Positions 59,788 to 64,000 of a stretch of 64,000 bases of DNA are shown here, in pieces. Location: assembly GCA_965197905.1 (NCBI GenBank), contig CBDAOB010000005.1, positions 672,001 through 736,000 of the forward strand, in the 5' to 3' direction. A program made the position numbers and the translations under genes. The notes under the pieces were generated by a model. The model was not told where the DNA came from. It ran no database searches and worked only from the letters and a program-made list of their open reading frames with translations. The number at the start of each line of letters is the position of its first letter. Within the stretch, counting starts at the first letter, position 1. Origin of the DNA: Candidatus Latescibacterota bacterium. GTDB lineage: Bacteria > Latescibacterota > UBA2968 > UBA8231.

Positions 59788-60798
59788 ATGATGGTGGAAC
59801 AAACAAGCGACGACTCGAAGGAAGTAGCCGAGCAATTCAAGCGCTCCAGGGACAGGGGGTGTGCTTTTCTACTCAAAGAGCTGGGAGCAAACGGCGCATT
59901 TCCCGCGGGCGAGCCCGAGGTAGGTCAGTACTACAAGACTCTGACCGCCTTTCAAGTCTGCGGCCACAACGACGCCGCCAATCGGCTGTGCCGTTGGATT
60001 CGCGCCGAAGGCATGACCGCCGATGGGGACTTTCAGCCGCGGGGGGAATCGACATCGGGGCATGCCTATGCGTACTTCAACGCCTGGGTAATTCTCGGAG
60101 CGCACCGACTGGGGCAATTGGATATCTCCCAGCGAGGCGTCGACTTTCTGTCGGGGTTTCACGATGAGCGGACGGGGGGGTTCTACTCCAGCCTGGAAGA
60201 ACGCGAAGCCGATACCAAACAAGATCTTATGGTGGTGAGCATGTGCGGGCTGGCGTTTCTCCAGGTCGGTCGATTGGAAATTGCGTGCAGGGTCGGCGCC
60301 TGGCTCAAAAACCTCATGGACGCCCAACCAGATTTTCCACAGCGTCTCTACACCGTCTACAGCCGTGCACTCGGTCTCCACACCGTTCCCGAACCCGGAC
60401 TCGAATTTCGCTACGTGGTGGTGGCCGACGCGCGAGACGATCAAGCCTTCTTCAATGCCGGCATAGCAGCCAGTTTTCTTTGTCGTCTGTTCCAGGTCAC
60501 CGGGGAGAAGCAGTGGCTGGAATTGGCGATGAGCTACATGAGTTTTGCCGAAGTGGCCAGTGATGAGCTGTTTCGCCTGATCCGCGCCGGCAAGGTGGGT
60601 TGGGCGGCGTCCTTGCTCTTCAGCCTTACGGGAGAAGAGAAGTACCGGGAGATGGCGATCAGGATCGGAAACAACCTGGAGGCACTCCAAGCCGAGCAGG
60701 GGTACTGGTCCGGTGTTGGCCAAACGGCGCCGAGCAACGATTCAACCGCCGAGAGGATGATCTGGATGGACGAGATTGCCCAGGTGGCACGTATTTAG
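59788..60798 (+). CDS. Hypothetical protein, probable alpha/alpha toroid (prenyltransferase-like)
   Basis: Repeated helical units ending in DGDF, GGFY, GYW. Confidence 0.6.
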   Translation: MMVEQTSDDSKEVAEQFKRSRDRGCAFLLKELGANGAFPAGEPEVGQYYKTLTAFQVCGHNDAANRLCRWIRAEGMTADGDFQPRGESTSGHAYAYFNAWVILGAHRLGQLDISQRGVDFLSGFHDERTGGFYSSLEEREADTKQDLMVVSMCGLAFLQVGRLEIACRVGAWLKNLMDAQPDFPQRLYTVYSRALGLHTVPEPGLEFRYVVVADARDDQAFFNAGIAASFLCRLFQVTGEKQWLELAMSYMSFAEVASDELFRLIRAGKVGWAASLLFSLTGEEKYREMAIRIGNNLEALQAEQGYWSGVGQTAPSNDSTAERMIWMDEIAQVARI

Positions 60799-60881
60799 TC
60801 CGGGAAAGCCGACGTGTGCGCCATCTCAGAGTACGCCCGTCAAGCCCCTCATACCGTCACTTCAAACCGAGGTTGATTTCG

Positions 60882-61616
60882 ATGAGTAGTTGGATAACAC
60901 ATAAACATATGATGCTAGGGGCGGCTGCTGTCGCCGTACCCTTACTGATGCTCGTTGACAAACAGAGCATCGCTCAGAATAGCGAAACAGCCGCTATGAG
61001 CTTCTTCATTACCAGCCAGGGTCCTGGCAACGGGGCGGATCTGGGCGGGCTGTCGGGTGCCGATGCCCATTGCGAGGCACTCGCTGATGCAGTAGGCGCG
61101 GGAGACGAAACCTGGCGCGCCTACTTGAGCGCGGCGCAGCGTTCCGGAGTCGAGGTGGTCAACGCGCGCGATCGCATCGGCAAGGGACCCTGGTTCAACG
61201 CGGCAGGTGTGAAGGTTGCGGACGACGTTGAGGAGCTGCACGGCGAGAACAACCTGTCGAAGGAAACGGCTCTCGACGAACTTGGCGGAGCAGTGAACGG
61301 TCGCGGAGATAGTCCCAACCGCCACGATATCCTCACCGGATCTCAGCTGGACGGTACCGCTTTCCCCGAAGGGGAAGAGCGCACCTGTGACGACTGGACC
61401 AGCAGCGATTCGGGAAGCGCCCAGCTGGGACATCACGATCGCCAGGGGGGTGGCACCAACCCGACCTCGTGGAATTCGGCGCACGGTTCGAGGGGGTGCA
61501 GCCAGAGCGCGCTGCGCGGCACGGGGGGCGACGGGCTCTTCTATTGCTTCGCGCTGGACGTGCCGACCGCGGTCGAGGAAACCTCATGGGGGGCCTTCAA
61601 GCGGCTTTCAAAGTGA
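60882..61616 (+). CDS. Secreted lectin-like (endostatin/C-type lectin fold) protein with SWGxxK tail
   Basis: GADLGGLSGADAHC, WRAYLS, ARDRIG, LFYCFA; C-terminus PTAVEETSWGAFKRLSK. Confidence 0.75.
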   Translation: MSSWITHKHMMLGAAAVAVPLLMLVDKQSIAQNSETAAMSFFITSQGPGNGADLGGLSGADAHCEALADAVGAGDETWRAYLSAAQRSGVEVVNARDRIGKGPWFNAAGVKVADDVEELHGENNLSKETALDELGGAVNGRGDSPNRHDILTGSQLDGTAFPEGEERTCDDWTSSDSGSAQLGHHDRQGGGTNPTSWNSAHGSRGCSQSALRGTGGDGLFYCFALDVPTAVEETSWGAFKRLSK

Positions 61617-62620
61617 AACTCCTGGCGATAACCATCATCGTTGCACTTGCTACCCTCGGATGCGACTCCGACGCGGAGAAGTCGATGCTTATGACGCAGG
61701 CGGCGGGTGATTCGGAGATCTTCGTACCTACGTTTGAGGAGTACCCGGTGCCGGCCGGTTCGCGACCTCACGATGTCGCTCCGGGAGCGGACGGCATCGT
61801 TTGGTACACCGCCCAACGGCAGGCGGCACTCGGTCGCCTCGATCCCGCCACCGGAGAAACCAGGCATATTGCCCTCGGGACAGGGGCCGCGCCCCACGGA
61901 GTGATCGTCGGTCCCGATGACCTGGCCTGGGTCACCGACAGTGGTCTGAACGCAATCGTCAGCGTCCATCAGGTTACGGAAGAGGTTCGTATCTTTCCCC
62001 TGCCTGAAGGATCGAGCAGAGCCAATCTAAACACCGCAACCTTCGACCTTGATGGTGTTCTGTGGTTCACTGGTCAGAACGGAATCTACGGTCGGCTGGA
62101 TCCCGAAGTCGGGGAAGTCGAGGTGTTCCCCTCGCCCCGAGGTCGAGGTCCTTACGGCATTGCAACCACGCCGAATGGTTCGGTCTATTTCGCTTCGCTC
62201 GCCGGAAGTTACGTCGGTCACATCGCGTTGCAGACCGCCGAGGTTGTCGTACTCGAGCCGCCCACCGGTGGCCAGGGGGCTCGACGGGTCTGGTCCGACT
62301 CGAGTGGTCGTATCTGGGTAAGCGAGTGGAACAGCGGTCAGCTTGCGCTATACGATCCTGCTACCGGGGCGTGGAAGGAGTGGCGCTTGCCGGGAGAGCG
62401 ACCGCGTCCGTACGCAGTCTACGTCGACGACGTGGACATGGTCTGGTTGAGCGATTTCGGCGCCAACGCTCTGGTCCGCTTCGATCCCGCGATTGAGATG
62501 TTCGAAGTTTTCGAGCTTCCCAGCGCCGGCGCGAATGTCCGCCAGATTCTAGGACGCCCGGGAGAGGTGTGGGGTGCCGAATCGGGCACGGACAAACTCG
62601 TTGTGATTCGAACGCGGTAA
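61613..62620 (+). CDS. Vgb (virginiamycin B lyase)-like beta-propeller lipoprotein
   Basis: GTG start overlaps the upstream TGA; lipobox TLGC; PHDVA, PHGVI, GARRVW. Confidence 0.82.
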   Translation: MKLLAITIIVALATLGCDSDAEKSMLMTQAAGDSEIFVPTFEEYPVPAGSRPHDVAPGADGIVWYTAQRQAALGRLDPATGETRHIALGTGAAPHGVIVGPDDLAWVTDSGLNAIVSVHQVTEEVRIFPLPEGSSRANLNTATFDLDGVLWFTGQNGIYGRLDPEVGEVEVFPSPRGRGPYGIATTPNGSVYFASLAGSYVGHIALQTAEVVVLEPPTGGQGARRVWSDSSGRIWVSEWNSGQLALYDPATGAWKEWRLPGERPRPYAVYVDDVDMVWLSDFGANALVRFDPAIEMFEVFELPSAGANVRQILGRPGEVWGAESGTDKLVVIRTR

Positions 62621-62708
62621 TCGCCGCGCGTTATTCGCCTCCGCTCCTAGCCATTCATATATTCCCCGAACCAAACTTTCGACCCGCTTGAATGAAAGGA
62701 CATGAGGG

Positions 62709-64000
62709 ATGGGTATTTCAACCCAGGCCGATCTCTACATCTCTCCACAAGGCAACAATGAATGGTCGGGAGCGCTTCCGGAGCCCAATTCCGACGGTAC
62801 CGACGGCCCTTTGGCCACGCTCGAAAGAGCGCGGGAGGAGCTCTTCCTGCGCAAGGAGGAGGGGAAGCTTTCGGGCCCCGCAACGGTGCTCTTTCGTGGC
62901 GGGCGTTATCCGATCAAGAAGACGATCAAGTTCACGCCGGCGGACTCCTGGCCGACCACCTACCGCGCCTACCCTGGAGAGCAGCCGATCCTGGACGGGG
63001 GCACGCCGATCGAAGGCTGGCGTGTCGAAAAACGGAACGGCATCGAGATGTGGGTGACCGAAGTCGCCGACGTGGCTGGCGGTCGCTCCTACTTTCACCA
63101 GCTCTTCGTCAACGGCAAACGCCGGCGTCGTCCGCGGCTGCCCAAGGAGGGGCGCTACACCGTCAAAGCCGTGCCGGCCACCCACTCCTTCGCGCCGGAG
63201 TACTGGGGGGCGGAAGGAAGCTTCTACTGTAACGACGGGGAGATTCAGGAGTGGGACAACCTCACCGACGTGGACGTGGTGGCGATGCACCGGTGGGTGG
63301 AAGAACGGTTGCCGATCTCCGCGTTCGATTCCGAAACCAACCTGGTGGAGTCGTCACGCTACTGCATCTTCCCGCTGGATCCGGGTGATGCGGCGGACGG
63401 TCAGGCGCCCAAGTTCTACGTGGATAACGTCAAAGAAGCGCTGCGCGAGCCGGGGGAGTGGTACCTCGATCGGCCCACGGGGGAGCTCTGTTACATCCCG
63501 CTGCCGGGTGAAACCCTGGACTCGGCGGAGATCTTTGCGCCCGAGATCGAACAACTGATTCGCCTAGAGGGCGATCCGGACAACGGGCAGTACGTGGAGC
63601 AGCTGCATTTCGTCGGCCTCGGTTTCGAGCACACCGAGTGGAGTCTGCCTCCAGGAGGGGGCGAGCGCTGGGTGCCCCACTATCAGGCCGAGCTGGATTA
63701 CGGCAGCGCACCGCAGGGGGCCTGTCATGTACCTGGTGCCATCTCGCTTTCGGGAGCGCGCTACTGCAGCATCGAGGATTGTACCATCCAGAACATCGGC
63801 TGGTACGGCATCGAGCTCACGGCCGGGAGTCAGGGCAACTACATCGTCGGCAACACCGTGCTCGACCTGGGTGCCGGCGGCCTCAAGGCAGAGTCTCGCG
63901 GGTATCCCAACTCAGAAGTGCCGCTGCAAAGACACACCGGCGCCAATCGAATCACCGACAATCACATCGGTGACGGCGGCCATGTCTTTCACGCCGCGCT
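62709..64000 (+). CDS. Right-handed parallel beta-helix protein (GH141-like), runs off window end
   Basis: Manual translation MGISTQADLYISPQGNNEWSG...DGPLATLERA...RGGRY...YPGEQP...PGEWYLD. Confidence 0.8.
   Translation, partial: MGISTQADLYISPQGNNEWSGALPEPNSDGTDGPLATLERAREELFLRKEEGKLSGPATVLFRGGRYPIKKTIKFTPADSWPTTYRAYPGEQPILDGGTPIEGWRVEKRNGIEMWVTEVADVAGGRSYFHQLFVNGKRRRRPRLPKEGRYTVKAVPATHSFAPEYWGAEGSFYCNDGEIQEWDNLTDVDVVAMHRWVEERLPISAFDSETNLVESSRYCIFPLDPGDAADGQAPKFYVDNVKEALREPGEWYLDRPTGELCYIPLPGETLDSAEIFAPEIEQLIRLEGDPDNGQYVEQLHFVGLGFEHTEWSLPPGGGERWVPHYQAELDYGSAPQGACHVPGAISLSGARYCSIEDCTIQNIGWYGIELTAGSQGNYIVGNTVLDLGAGGLKAESRGYPNSEVPLQRHTGANRITDNHIGDGGHVFHAA

Noticed and set aside
61613..62620. Bona fide streptogramin resistance gene vgb
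   Set aside because: Only family-level similarity; it has a lipoprotein signal and no resistance context.

Overview
GC-rich bacterial DNA with no rRNA, tRNA or CRISPR array that I could see. The gene content suggests an FCB-group heterotroph such as Latescibacterota or a relative (inference only): FlgD-Ig and T9SS-like C-terminal domains, a PorV-like barrel, three PhyH dioxygenases, beta-propeller glycosidase-like paralogs, and a protein ending in an SWGxxK tail. The most striking region is a minus-strand signalling cluster at about 10.9-24.9 kb. It runs T9SS-like cargo, PorV-like barrel, NtrC-type sigma-54 activator, sensor-less histidine kinase, and three zinc-ribbon adaptors (REC, TPR, FHA). 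A consensus sigma-54 promoter with an IHF-like site and phased GGGT-N6-ACCC palindromes then precedes a ZU5-like lipoprotein, a STAND-TPR ATPase, a Ser/Thr kinase-STAND-TPR fusion and a PP2C phosphatase. A second sigma-54 promoter carrying the same palindrome precedes a small coiled-coil gene. Other points of note are a leader peptide plus terminator upstream of typA/bipA, an attC-like cassette structure, an integrase remnant beside four small cargo genes, and many frameshifts and abrupt gene-to-gene junctions that may be real decay or sequencing/assembly error. All product calls come from motifs recognised by eye; no database searches were run.
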